This document shows, in pieces, positions 1 to 9,754 of a stretch of 64,000 bases of DNA. The position numbers and the translations under genes are program-made. Position 1 is the first letter of the stretch. The number at the start of each line of letters is the position of its first letter. Below the pieces are notes generated by a model. That model ran no database searches, had not been told where the DNA came from, and worked only from the letters and a program-made list of their open reading frames with translations. Source of the stretch: Candidatus Poribacteria bacterium (GTDB lineage Bacteria; Poribacteria; WGA-4E; WGA-3G); contig CBDBFU010000014.1 in the NCBI GenBank assembly GCA_965205025.1, positions 192,001 through 256,000 on the forward strand, read 5' to 3'.

Positions 1-516
1 ATAATCGCGCCAGTTTGTTAGACCATTCTCTTCCATCCAAATAGCATAGTGCTGTCCAACATGTGCTTCATCTGCGTGGTTGCGTGCCAACTCTACATGT
101 TCAAAACCGTAAAAAGGTTCATTGAAATTACGCCAGAAATCCAAGTCTTGTAATATAGGATATGATTCCAAGGATGGGTATTCGTCTGTTCCGTGTAAGG
201 GTTGGAAGTGTGCTTTACCAACAAGTGCAGTTCTATATCCTGCCTCTGTAAAATCCTCACCAACAGTATGTTCATCTTCAGATAACTTTGTACCAAGTGA
301 CCATGCCCCGTGTTGGCTCGGATATTTACCAGTAATGATCGATGCACGGGTTGGTGTACAGGTAGGATTTGGACAATAAGCTCGATGAAAAAGTGTTCCG
401 TCGTTTGCTAATGCATCTAAATGAGGTGTCTGGATTTCAGGGTTTAAGCAACCTAAGGTATTCCAATGCTGTTGATCACTTGTTATAAGCAGAATATTCG
501 GTCTGGCTTTATCCAT
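1..516 (-). CDS. Sulfatase, N-terminal part (runs off the window start)
   Basis: Manual translation from ATG at 516 (GGAGAG upstream): MDKARPNILLITSDQQH...AYCPNPTCTPTRASIITGKYP...GYRTALVGKAH. Contains the CxPxR formylglycine motif and GKxH. Confidence 0.9.
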   Translation of the reverse strand, partial: MDKARPNILLITSDQQHWNTLGCLNPEIQTPHLDALANDGTLFHRAYCPNPTCTPTRASIITGKYPSQHGAWSLGTKLSEDEHTVGEDFTEAGYRTALVGKAHFQPLHGTDEYPSLESYPILQDLDFWRNFNEPFYGFEHVELARNHADEAHVGQHYAIWMEENGLTNWRDY

Positions 517-591
517 ATCTCTCCTTGAAAATCTAATAAAATGTGTAAATATCTCCTTGAGTATCCAATATTCCAATACTACATATATATC

Positions 592-1917
592 TTATGTAGT
601 CTTCTCTAAACAACATTGCTTATACTTACGACCACTACCACATGGACAGGGTGAGTTTCGACCTATCTTCTGTGATTGTGTTGATAGTGTCTGTGTTCTC
701 GAATTGTTTGTTTTCTTATTGCTTCTTGTACTCTTTCCGAGTCGTCGCTCACGCATTATCGGCATTATACTATTCGCGAGTTGTCCCCTCTGAATGGCAG
801 AAGCCATGAGTTTCATCGGTTCATCTATGTGAGTGAAGAAATGTTTATAACCTTCACATAGATAGTTCAAACCGTCTTCTCCTGAAGGAGTTTGAATAAT
901 GCGATTCTTTGGACAACCTCCATTGCAGACGAATTTAACATCACAATTTAGACAGTATTCAGGTAATGTATCCCGTTTATCTGTCCCGAATTTTCGTTGA
1001 AACGTAGAATCAACCATATCTGCTATAGTGGTCTCCTCAATGTTTCCAATGAAGTAATCGGGTGTTACGTAGTGGTCACAGGAATATAAATCCCCATTAT
1101 GTTCTATAGCCATCGCGTCACCACAAGTCTCATTAAAAACACAAAGACTGGGGTTATATCCTAACCACGCTTCCAATGCAACATCAAATATCTGTATAAA
1201 GATTTTACCAATGTCATTAACTACCCATTCATCGAATATAGTCGATAAGAATTTCCCATATTGCTTACCTGTAACTGAACGTGGAGATACATTCTTTCCA
1301 TCAAAATGTTCAACAGCAGGAATAAACTGCATGAACTCAACACCAAGTCCTTTAAAATAGGAGTATACCTCTTTTGGATATTCTGCATTGTGACTGTTTA
1401 CCACGCAAAGAACATTATAGTCAACCTTATGTTCCTGCAATAAGCGTAATCCCCGAATAACCTGCTCGGATGTAGGACGACCGCGTTTGTCATACCGATA
1501 TTTATCATGGATTTCAGGTGGTCCGTCTATACTAATTCCAACTAAAAATCTGTTTCGTTTGAGAAATTCTCCCCATTCATCATCCAGAAGTGTTGCGTTG
1601 GTTTGGAAAGTATTTTGTATCCTCATACCACCGCGTTTATATTTCTGTTGATATCGTACAGCTTGTCGAAAAAAGTCAACACCCATCAAAGTCGGTTCGC
1701 CACCTTGCCACGCAAAAGTGACTTCATTTATCTGTTGAGCTTCTATGTATTGTTTGACATAGTTCTCCAGAGTCTCATCATTCATCCGAAAAGATTTCGT
1801 CTCTGGATATAGGTCTTCTTTTTCCAGATAAAAGCAATATTCGCAATCCAAATTACATATCGGTCCTATCGGCTTCGTCATTACATGAAAAGCGCGTGGT
1901 GCTTTAGGTTGAACCAT
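592..1917 (-). CDS. Anaerobic sulfatase maturase (radical SAM/SPASM) with C-terminal SEC-C motif
   Basis: CNLDCEYC radical SAM motif, WQGGEPTL, SPASM cysteines, C-terminal GRNSPCPCGSGRKYKQCC; directly upstream of a sulfatase. Confidence 0.95.
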   Translation of the reverse strand: MVQPKAPRAFHVMTKPIGPICNLDCEYCFYLEKEDLYPETKSFRMNDETLENYVKQYIEAQQINEVTFAWQGGEPTLMGVDFFRQAVRYQQKYKRGGMRIQNTFQTNATLLDDEWGEFLKRNRFLVGISIDGPPEIHDKYRYDKRGRPTSEQVIRGLRLLQEHKVDYNVLCVVNSHNAEYPKEVYSYFKGLGVEFMQFIPAVEHFDGKNVSPRSVTGKQYGKFLSTIFDEWVVNDIGKIFIQIFDVALEAWLGYNPSLCVFNETCGDAMAIEHNGDLYSCDHYVTPDYFIGNIEETTIADMVDSTFQRKFGTDKRDTLPEYCLNCDVKFVCNGGCPKNRIIQTPSGEDGLNYLCEGYKHFFTHIDEPMKLMASAIQRGQLANSIMPIMRERRLGKSTRSNKKTNNSRTQTLSTQSQKIGRNSPCPCGSGRKYKQCCLEKTT

Positions 1918-1989
1918 TCTAATACCTCCTATTTTACTTGTGTTAATATAGCATAATACACCTTAACCAACAAGTAAAAAGTAGACGGT

Positions 1990-2354
1990 GGGTGTGTAAA
2001 GTTTTTGTCCCTAAACATTACGCTGCTATTGTACCTGGATACCAATAATTATCCCAAGTATCATTCTTTAGCATACATCTCTAACAACTTTGTCCGATGG
2101 ATTGAGCACCTTCAAATACACGCTGCTCCGCTTCCATCAAATCACAAAAACCAAGCTCAAGGTTTCCTACTAAATCGTATATTTCTTCAACCAGTTCTTT
2201 CGCAGCTTCTGCATTTTTCTTTGATTTTACAACTTTCTAATGATAAACTAAACATCAAAATGAAATTAAGAAAATACTAAGATAGGATACCATTTTTATA
2301 TAGTTTTACAATCCCAAACTTAAACTCTTCAAGTGACAAAAACTTTACATACCC
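1990..2354. mobile_element. Internally deleted IS remnant (IS256-superfamily/ISKra4-like)
   Basis: 20-bp terminal inverted repeats gggtgtgtaaagtttttgtc (1990-2009) / gacaaaaactttacataccc (2335-2354), 1 mismatch. Minus strand holds transposase-like N-terminal (EAEQRVFEGAQSIG) and C-terminal (NDTWDNYWYPGTIAA*) fragments. Family call is from memory of motifs. Confidence 0.65.
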
Positions 2355-2441
2355 GGATGTGAACAAGCAAACAAGCATAGACATCATGAAGTTAATGGCT
2401 GTGAAGATTTTTATCAGTGAACAGTGAGAAATGTACAAATT

Positions 2442-2867
2442 ATGCGACAATCTATTTCATTTATAGTTTTTACCATCTTGATAGCAGCAAATTTTATTGG
2501 ATGTACCCGAGAGATAATCGAATTGATGCCCATCAAAGACGTTGAAATATATACTACAGCAATAGATCTACCTGATGCTCCGAACGTTTTTGCTATTTCC
2601 GTTTTAGTAACTGGAACATTATCGGATCAATGCATAGAAAAGCACGAGATAGATTATGATATTATGCCCGATGTGTTTGATAGATATCCAATTTATTCGG
2701 GTGGAGACACGATTTTTCTTGAGATCGAACAGACAGTAACGGTAGGTTGGGTTTCATGTGATATTGCAAGTCCATACTATATTGAGATGATCTTTCTCGG
2801 TTTCTGTGAACCAGGGCAATATACAATAAATGTGAACGGATATACTGAGACATTCAGTGTTGTGTGA
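2442..2867 (+). CDS. Hypothetical lipoprotein
   Basis: Signal peptide ending in lipobox-like FIGC; beta-rich body with Cys residues. Confidence 0.65.
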   Translation: MRQSISFIVFTILIAANFIGCTREIIELMPIKDVEIYTTAIDLPDAPNVFAISVLVTGTLSDQCIEKHEIDYDIMPDVFDRYPIYSGGDTIFLEIEQTVTVGWVSCDIASPYYIEMIFLGFCEPGQYTINVNGYTETFSVV

Positions 2868-3221
2868 TGTATTCGTGGATGGTGTGAGAAATCCTACTAT
2901 ATCTACTCCCATAGAATATTAACAACTGTGATAAAACACACCAGAAAACAAAAACTAAATAACCCTGAGGACAGGTTAACCTGAAACTTCAATTAATGTC
3001 TACCTAATGATAGAGTCTGAATCATATAGACTGTCCAAGCAACACATTCCAATTACGCTTGCAAAATATACCAATTTGCAGTATTATCTTCTATTAAAGG
3101 TTATGGGTTGTCGATAGACTTGAACCTTTCAATAGAAATAACGATACCCATTTATCCTCAATATTAATTCAACATAGAATGAATGTATAGTTAAATACAT
3201 TCAGATTCTTGGAGGACACTA

Positions 3222-3995
3222 ATGAGATTTGTAAGTGTTTTCATCACGTTATTTTTCTGTCTGAGTGTCATTACAGTATTGGCATTAGAACCAGATGATG
3301 AGGCTATTGTTGGTGTATGGCTATTTGAAGATAATGCTGATGATTCATCACGGAACAAAAATGACGGTAAGATTAATGGTGATTTCAAATTCGAAGACGG
3401 AAAATTTGGAAAAGCAGTTGTCGCAGCGGGTGGTGGTAGTATTGATGTACAGGATTCAAACAGTATAAAATCCATCAGTGATGAATTGACTGTGGCAGCA
3501 TGGTTCCGTGTGGATGCTGACTCCGATACTGGTGTCAGGAAAAATGGTGCATTCCTACTTGAAGACCAATCTGCTGGTGAACCCATCCCTGATGGTTTTT
3601 CCTTCAGAATCTGGACTGACCAAGGCATTACACCAGGTTTCTATGGAAAGACAAAATTAGAACAGAAGAAGTGGCATCATGTCGCTGGCACTTATGACGG
3701 TACAAAGGTCGAAATGTATGTTGACGGTAAACCTGATAGTGAAAATGGGGCACTCGCTGACAATAAAGGAGATTGGAAACCGGAATGGGGTGGTAAGGTG
3801 CAAGCAGGAGGGGTCTTACAACTTAAGTTCGGTCCAGAATCTTTCACTGGTGGAATAGACGAAATCATAATACTTAGCCGTGCCCTTGAAGCTGATGAAA
3901 TTAAACAACTGTTGAACGGTTGGGATGAGGCTTTTGATGTAGAACCCCAAGGAAAACTGGCAACGACATGGTCTCGTATAAAAGCCACACGATAA
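3222..3995 (+). CDS. Secreted LamG-like jellyroll domain protein with C-terminal KLATTW motif
   Basis: Signal peptide, WLFED/WHHVAGTYDG/GIDEIII LamG pattern, ends VEPQGKLATTWSRIKATR; GGAGG RBS. Confidence 0.88.
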   Translation: MRFVSVFITLFFCLSVITVLALEPDDEAIVGVWLFEDNADDSSRNKNDGKINGDFKFEDGKFGKAVVAAGGGSIDVQDSNSIKSISDELTVAAWFRVDADSDTGVRKNGAFLLEDQSAGEPIPDGFSFRIWTDQGITPGFYGKTKLEQKKWHHVAGTYDGTKVEMYVDGKPDSENGALADNKGDWKPEWGGKVQAGGVLQLKFGPESFTGGIDEIIILSRALEADEIKQLLNGWDEAFDVEPQGKLATTWSRIKATR

Positions 3996-4080
3996 ACTAA
4001 CAGATGTGCGGGATACTTTTTGTTGATTCTCGCACATTTATTTTAATTACAAAATTATCACAATCACAGTAATTATTCCA

Positions 4081-5604
4081 TTAATTATCGAAATCAAATG
4101 AGACTTGCTGATCTACATTACCAAACGATAATAACTTTTTGATCTTCCCCGGTTGTGCCCAATTACACTTGCCACTTCCATTAAGTTGACGAAGCAATTC
4201 AGGAATTTCTGGATTTTCAAGACCAGTTTTTATCCGTTGGGCATCGTCTTTAGACCAGCACGGTATAAACGCATGCATCGCTTGATTCCCTTGCCACATC
4301 TGTCCATTTACATTATCTAAAACAATAGGAGTAAAGTGACTCTTGCCATAAGCTTGCCAAATCACTTTGTACGGTGCAAAAGAATAAGGACCAACACCCA
4401 ACATTGCCCACCAATTACCTCTATTCATAGACGCTCGTAAAAGAGTTCCTTTTCGTTCTTTTAATCTATCCTCACTACTAAGTAGATACTTCTTTAGTGT
4501 CTCATGTTTTTCGATTTGACTCCAAGACAAAGGTTTTCCTGTATCTCGATTGTAGGGTAAGAGAATCCATTTATTAGGAACTGAATTCTCACCATGCCAT
4601 ATTTCCTTAGTTGCCAATGGAAACATAAATTCATCTGGAAGGTTTTTTGGTTTCTCTTCAAAAATGAAAACACTGTTAGCTCCACATGTATTCACACCCT
4701 GGCGAGGTTTTTGCTCAGATGATAATTTAATATCAAAAATCTCTCCAGGAAGTATTTCATCAGCATTTTGTATAATTCGCCACGGATCGGTACGGTCTCT
4801 CAACGGTATAGCTTTATGTTCAACCCAATCGTCGTTCACCTCCCTAAAATATCTAACAGGGAACTTCTGTGGTTTATCACTGATGAATCTGGCACAGCAA
4901 TATCCAGTATTAACACCTTCAAATACCTTTGTCGTAGAGAATTCATAAACTGTATCCACAGCAAAATCTCTCTGGGAATTTGAGAGTATATCTGAACTCT
5001 TTGAAGAATAATCCCTAAATCCTCTATGAGCACCCTCACCAAAGAATAATGATGTAGGTATATAGAAATAAGCTGCTCCGTTTTCTTTTAACAGTCTTCC
5101 AAGGGCAACCTTTAATACCAATGCTGCAATATCTATCCGAGAAGATCCCAGCAACATACGTTGGGTATTTTCAACAAGTCCTTCCTGTATAAAATAAGGC
5201 TTTAAATGCTCTTTATAAGAATCTGGCAGGTCTCCGAAATTTGCCCATGGAGGATTCCCTATAAGTATATCGTATTGTCTATGATGGCGTTGGGTTATGA
5301 CATCCTGAAAGTGAATTTGCGAGGTAGGAAAGTCTACTGAGAATTCTGATTGTATGTTCCTCTTAAACTGGTTAAGGAGGGATGGAACCATCTCAATTAG
5401 CGTCAAACGAGACAATCGTTCTGTAGTTATGGGTACACCTTTCTCTTCGGCAATTTGCAACATTGCCAATGCAAATATCCCTTGTCCTGCTGTGGGGTCA
5501 CATATTTGGGCACCATCAACCCAGGCTTCTATAATATTCCACTTGTTGATAAGCCATTTTGCCCAGTTAAGCGGTGTGAAAACCAGTCCAATTTTTTTAT
5601 TCAT
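4081..5604 (-). CDS. Amino (N6-adenine) DNA methyltransferase, gamma-type motif order
   Basis: VFTP (motif X), DPTAGQG (motif I), ILIGNPPW (motif IV), C-terminal TRD-like region. Confidence 0.85.
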   Translation of the reverse strand: MNKKIGLVFTPLNWAKWLINKWNIIEAWVDGAQICDPTAGQGIFALAMLQIAEEKGVPITTERLSRLTLIEMVPSLLNQFKRNIQSEFSVDFPTSQIHFQDVITQRHHRQYDILIGNPPWANFGDLPDSYKEHLKPYFIQEGLVENTQRMLLGSSRIDIAALVLKVALGRLLKENGAAYFYIPTSLFFGEGAHRGFRDYSSKSSDILSNSQRDFAVDTVYEFSTTKVFEGVNTGYCCARFISDKPQKFPVRYFREVNDDWVEHKAIPLRDRTDPWRIIQNADEILPGEIFDIKLSSEQKPRQGVNTCGANSVFIFEEKPKNLPDEFMFPLATKEIWHGENSVPNKWILLPYNRDTGKPLSWSQIEKHETLKKYLLSSEDRLKERKGTLLRASMNRGNWWAMLGVGPYSFAPYKVIWQAYGKSHFTPIVLDNVNGQMWQGNQAMHAFIPCWSKDDAQRIKTGLENPEIPELLRQLNGSGKCNWAQPGKIKKLLSFGNVDQQVSFDFDN

Positions 5605-5715
5605 TCAATTGAGTAAATACCTTAACTAATGTGAGACTTTCTTGACTTCCATAATATGTATAGCAGGACGTAAACTGTGATGTAGACAAAGATAATCCAG
5701 TCCATACATACTTAT

Positions 5716-5766
5716 AAAGTATATCAGAATAACAATTGTATTACAAATACCATCAAAGTATATCAG
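5716..5766 (-). promoter_or_regulatory. Two copies of a possible extended -10 element upstream of the methyltransferase
   Basis: 12-bp direct repeat aaagtatatcag at 5716 and 5755, reading TG-a-TATACT on the minus strand. Confidence 0.35.
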
Positions 5767-5767
5767 T

Positions 5768-6168
5768 GGGTGTGTAAACTTTTTTTCACTTTACAACAAT
5801 GTTTCTTATAAAAACGAATCGTTCGTACAGATAGAATTCTTCTTCTGTAGGAGAGAACTCCGACTCCCGACTCTTGCGTAATCCGTGATTCAGAAATAAC
5901 ACCTCTTTGTACCACAAACTTTATGAGGATTAAGTAAATATTTCGGTAATCCAGTCCATAAACTTATCGTAGGGGCAGGGTTAACCCGTCCGTATATTAC
6001 CGATTTAATAAATTAATCTTCATTTAGTTTGTGATCTTACTCCTTCCCCTCTCCAAACACTCTTATCCGCGTAATCTGTGTAATCTGTGATGCAGACAAC
6101 TCAAACATACATAAAAATAAACTAATCTCACAAAATTGACACCAAAGGTGACAATTATTTACACACCC
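5768..6168. mobile_element. MITE-like element with GGGTGTGTAAA ends, carrying REP-like hairpins
   Basis: gggtgtgtaaa (5768-5778) / tttacacaccc (6158-6168), same end family as 1990-2354. No ORF; contains a GTAG repeat at 5847 and nested element Y. Confidence 0.55.
5923..6023. mobile_element. Element Y copy 1 (TIR MITE inserted in a hairpin loop)
   Basis: atgaggattaa..ttcggtaat / attaccg..ttaatcttcat ends; splits cacaaacttt|ttagtttgtg, whose uninterrupted forms occur near 6404 and 9459. Confidence 0.8.
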
Positions 6169-6378
6169 GATCGCGCAGGGTGTGAAAGTATATGACATTA
6201 ACAAGAAATAAAGGAAACCAATCAAAGAAAAAAAATGAAGAAAACACCAATCTCTTACAACTAATATACATATATCACAAAAACAGAAAAACATATTAAT
6301 AATATTTGTAAAAATGAAAATAACGGTGTATAATATTATATCGTTCAATATTTATAAACTAAAACTAATACCATTTCA

Positions 6379-6482
6379 AATTGAAAATGTCTCTTTTTTG
6401 TACCACAAACTTTCAGTTTGTGACTTGAAAAATGACTAACATAATAACCGCCTAATGAGACAATAATTTATAGAAATGGTAT
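6379..6482. repeat. ~104-bp direct repeat, copy 1
   Basis: Near-identical to 7488-7591 (aattgaaaatgtctcttttttgtaccacaaactttcagtttgtgac...tagaaat). Confidence 0.9.
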
Positions 6483-7082
6483 AACACTGTAAATAAGGAT
6501 ATAAGGCGGAAAGATAACAACACAAACTAACAACCAATAACTAAAAACTATGAACTATAAGCTAATGACTCTCTATAAAGACGATCCTAATAACGAAGTT
6601 TCATATACGTCAAAAAAACATACCTTTTTAACCGTTGGGAATCACAAAATCAGGAAGCACAACAATAACACAAAATCACAATTTTTCGAATTTCTTATAA
6701 AGTCAATTCAAAGTGGGATAAAGTCAGTCTATGACAGGGGTTATAGGGATAATTTACACCAATTTCAATGTCACACAGTGTGACAAAAAGTGTAACTTTT
6801 TTCATGTTTTCGATGCATAGAGAATGCAACAACAACATGATCTACTGTCTGAGTATTTAGGATTAAATGTCTGGTTTTATACACTGTTTTTTGTCTGCAT
6901 ATTAGGATTAAATGTCTGGTTTTATGCATTTTAAACAATCATAAATATAAGTTATTAAAGAATGTTCTCAAGACCAATATATGCCAATTATATACAAAGC
7001 CTAAAAGTAAAATAATGTCTCAATGATACCGATCAAATACGTGAAATATGTGTAATTGGAGTTTTCTATATCAAGAATCCCT

Positions 7083-7155
7083 TACTCCAGAGGGGTACTA
7101 TGTGTCTATAGAAAACAATATCGGAACAGTCTGGCACTCCAGCGGAGTGCTATGT
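7083..7155. repeat. Tandem REP-like hairpin pair
   Basis: tactccagaggggtactatg...tctatagaa and gcactccagcggagtgctatg; same architecture as the gccccagcggggc units elsewhere. Confidence 0.65.
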
Positions 7156-7487
7156 CCCAATACACTTCGTATGAAAAACATATAAGTACTTAATACACAC
7201 TTAAGTTATAGTTTAGTTAACGTATGTGATTCACGGAGAATTGGTCTACTTTAAATTATAAACCCTTATAGAATAAGGCTTCGTAAAATTGCTCCGTGAA
7301 GGTTTCCGTGAAAGTGCAATCATCTCAAAACGATAAATATTAACACTTTTGCCATTCACAATAGCCATACATCTAATATAATTATGAGATTGACAGATTA
7401 CCTCCCAATAAATGATTGACAATGGCTAATATTAGATGTAATAATTACGATACATTGTGGATGTGATGTTTATATTATACGATTTCT

Positions 7488-7591
7488 AATTGAAAATGTC
7501 TCTTTTTTGTACCACAAACTTTCAGTTTGTGACCTGAAAAATGACTACCATAATAACCGTCTAATGAGACAATAATTTATAGAAATAGTAT
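7488..7591. repeat. ~104-bp direct repeat, copy 2
   Basis: Matches 6379-6482 at offset 1109 with few mismatches. Confidence 0.9.
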
Positions 7592-7630
7592 TAGATAGTA
7601 ATTTTCTACATGAAAACCTTAAGGAGTTTT

Positions 7631-8434
7631 ATGTCAAGCAGAACAAGAATAGATTTTGTTGCAGGGGGTGCAAGTCATGGGAGTGGATCACATGAACACC
7701 CAGCTGGTTGTTCTTTCTTAGCTGATCAATTTAACAATTATGTTGATGGCGTTGAAACTGTTGTTCATCAAGGATGGCCAACTGAATCAGATGTATTGGA
7801 TGATACAGATGCTATCATTGTGTATTCAGATGGAGGTGGGGGTCATCTCAGCATTCCTCACCTCGATCAAATCTCTACATTGACAGGAAACGGTATCGGA
7901 TTGGCAATGCTCCACTATGCCGTTGAAGTACCGAAGGGTGAACCTGGGGATTGCTTTTTGGAATGGATTGGTGGATATTTTGAGACACATTTATCAGTGA
8001 ACCCACACTGGACTGCGGAATTTACATCTTTTCCAGTTCATCCAATCACAAACGGCTTAGACCCGTTTGCGCTTGAGGATGAATGGTATTACCATATGCG
8101 TTTTCGCGATAATATGGAAGGTGTAACTCCTGTTCTAAGTGCTATAGCTCCTGAATCAACACTCACAAGACCAGATGGACCCCATAGTGGTAATCCACAT
8201 GTAAGAAAGTCTGTTGCAAATGGAGAACCACAACATCTTGGATGGTGTAGAGAACGACCTGATGGTGGACGTGGATTTGGTTTTACAGGTGGACATTACC
8301 ACAAGAACTGGGGGGAAGACCATCTCCGTAAGTTCATCCTTAATGCGATTGCATGGACTGCAAAAGTAGAGATTCCCACAGATGGCATAGATACTCCTTC
8401 ACCATCAGAAGAAGAATTGAATTCATATTTATAA
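7631..8434 (+). CDS. ThuA-like (class I glutamine amidotransferase-like fold) protein
   Basis: SHGSGSHEH, DEWYYHMRF, GGRGFGFTGGHYHKNW; AAGGAG RBS before ATG 7631. Confidence 0.85.
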   Translation: MSSRTRIDFVAGGASHGSGSHEHPAGCSFLADQFNNYVDGVETVVHQGWPTESDVLDDTDAIIVYSDGGGGHLSIPHLDQISTLTGNGIGLAMLHYAVEVPKGEPGDCFLEWIGGYFETHLSVNPHWTAEFTSFPVHPITNGLDPFALEDEWYYHMRFRDNMEGVTPVLSAIAPESTLTRPDGPHSGNPHVRKSVANGEPQHLGWCRERPDGGRGFGFTGGHYHKNWGEDHLRKFILNAIAWTAKVEIPTDGIDTPSPSEEELNSYL

Positions 8435-8523
8435 TTAAAGGAAATTAGTGTTGAGCGTCAAAAAAGCAATTCGGTTAATTGTTTTAGGGGCACATATTAA
8501 GAAAATGTCTAAGGAGAGATAGT

Positions 8524-9378
8524 ATGGAGCAAGAACAACTTGATTATCTGTTTGATTTGCAAGGATATCTAATCTTAGAGAATGCGATTTCTGATGAAGA
8601 TCTTGCAGAGATGAATGAGTGGATTGATAGACATTGGGAATATGTTGAAACCCCTTGGGCTCCTGATTCTGATGATAATCGTATCCCGCGTTGGATAGGT
8701 AATATTGAAACACATACATATAATATTGAAAATGGTGTAAACTTTCAGAATATCATTGAAGGTGGACGGGTATTTGAAAAGCTTATTGACCATCCTTCAT
8801 GGATAAATCTGATTAGAAAATACATTCATGAAGTAAACGGTGTTTCGATCCATGAGAATTTTTTGAATGTACGGGGAGAAGGTGGTTTCATACATATACA
8901 TTGTGGAGGTCATGTCCCACTTAGTTATCTAACTTTTCGACAGATAAATACGGGTGAATGGTTGGTAGGACAGATAAATGTATTGATGGCTCTTAATGAT
9001 ATTGGTCCGGGGGATGGTGCTCCTGTATTAATTCCAGGGAGTCATAAGAGTGCAGAGATTCATCCGCGACTTAAGCATGATGGTAAGGGAATCGTTTATG
9101 ATGGGATAACCGGTAAACCTGCTGGTACTGCATTTGCTACCGAAGAAGTACATCTGAAGGCAGGGGATGTTGTAATGTTTACAGATGCTATTACACACGG
9201 TTCAGCCGAACGCACCAACCCTGGATTTCGTCGGTCGATTGTTTATAGATATTCACCCAGATATGTACGTGAACGTTTTGATTATCCACATTCCGATGAG
9301 TTGTTATCCCGTTTGACACCTGATCAGCGTAAGATAATTCAACCCATGTCTCCGAGACGTCCACCTCAGGTAGCATAG
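8524..9378 (+). CDS. Phytanoyl-CoA dioxygenase (PhyH) family protein
   Basis: YLFDLQGYL N-terminus, LIPGSHK, AGDVVMFTDAITHG. Confidence 0.88.
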   Translation: MEQEQLDYLFDLQGYLILENAISDEDLAEMNEWIDRHWEYVETPWAPDSDDNRIPRWIGNIETHTYNIENGVNFQNIIEGGRVFEKLIDHPSWINLIRKYIHEVNGVSIHENFLNVRGEGGFIHIHCGGHVPLSYLTFRQINTGEWLVGQINVLMALNDIGPGDGAPVLIPGSHKSAEIHPRLKHDGKGIVYDGITGKPAGTAFATEEVHLKAGDVVMFTDAITHGSAERTNPGFRRSIVYRYSPRYVRERFDYPHSDELLSRLTPDQRKIIQPMSPRRPPQVA

Positions 9379-9453
9379 AGTAACGCCAGTTTGATAATAA
9401 ATGACATCAGTTCAAGAACATATCCTTTCTTGAAGGGCACCCCTTACTGTTCT

Positions 9454-9512
9454 TGTACCACAAACTTTCCAGTTTGTGGTTTACGTACGCAAACTGGAAA
9501 GTTTATGCTACA
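9454..9512. repeat. Inverted REP doublet (REPIN-like)
   Basis: tgtaccacaaactttccagtttgtgg...cgcaaactggaaagtttatgctaca: two inverted copies of the same hairpin. Confidence 0.75.
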
Positions 9513-9754
9513 ATGGACTTTTATCAAACTCACTATGATGAATATGGAATTTGGACAGAATTAGATCAGGATTTCGCTGCAGCGGAGATGTTTAGAGTTT
9601 TAGAAAAAGAAGAGGTGGCAGCAGATAATGTCAATAGTTTTTCTTAAAAAATTAGGAAAATTACAGTCTAATCAGATGAATTTAATTGATATTTGTGTTA
9701 AAAATTGGCTTGGTTTGGATTGATGTGGAAATAAAGAAAGATTCAATTATAAGT

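Noticed and set aside
592-680. SEC-C tail on the sulfatase maturase as a novelty
   Set aside because: SEC-C motifs appended to anaerobic sulfatase maturases are a known architecture.
6037-6783. ORFs 6037-6348 and 6550-6783
   Set aside because: Low-complexity AT-rich translations overlapping repeats, with no recognisable motif.
9453-9647. 64-aa ORF or possible antitoxin remnant
   Set aside because: Its start lies in a REP doublet; the remaining 44 codons are too short to assign.
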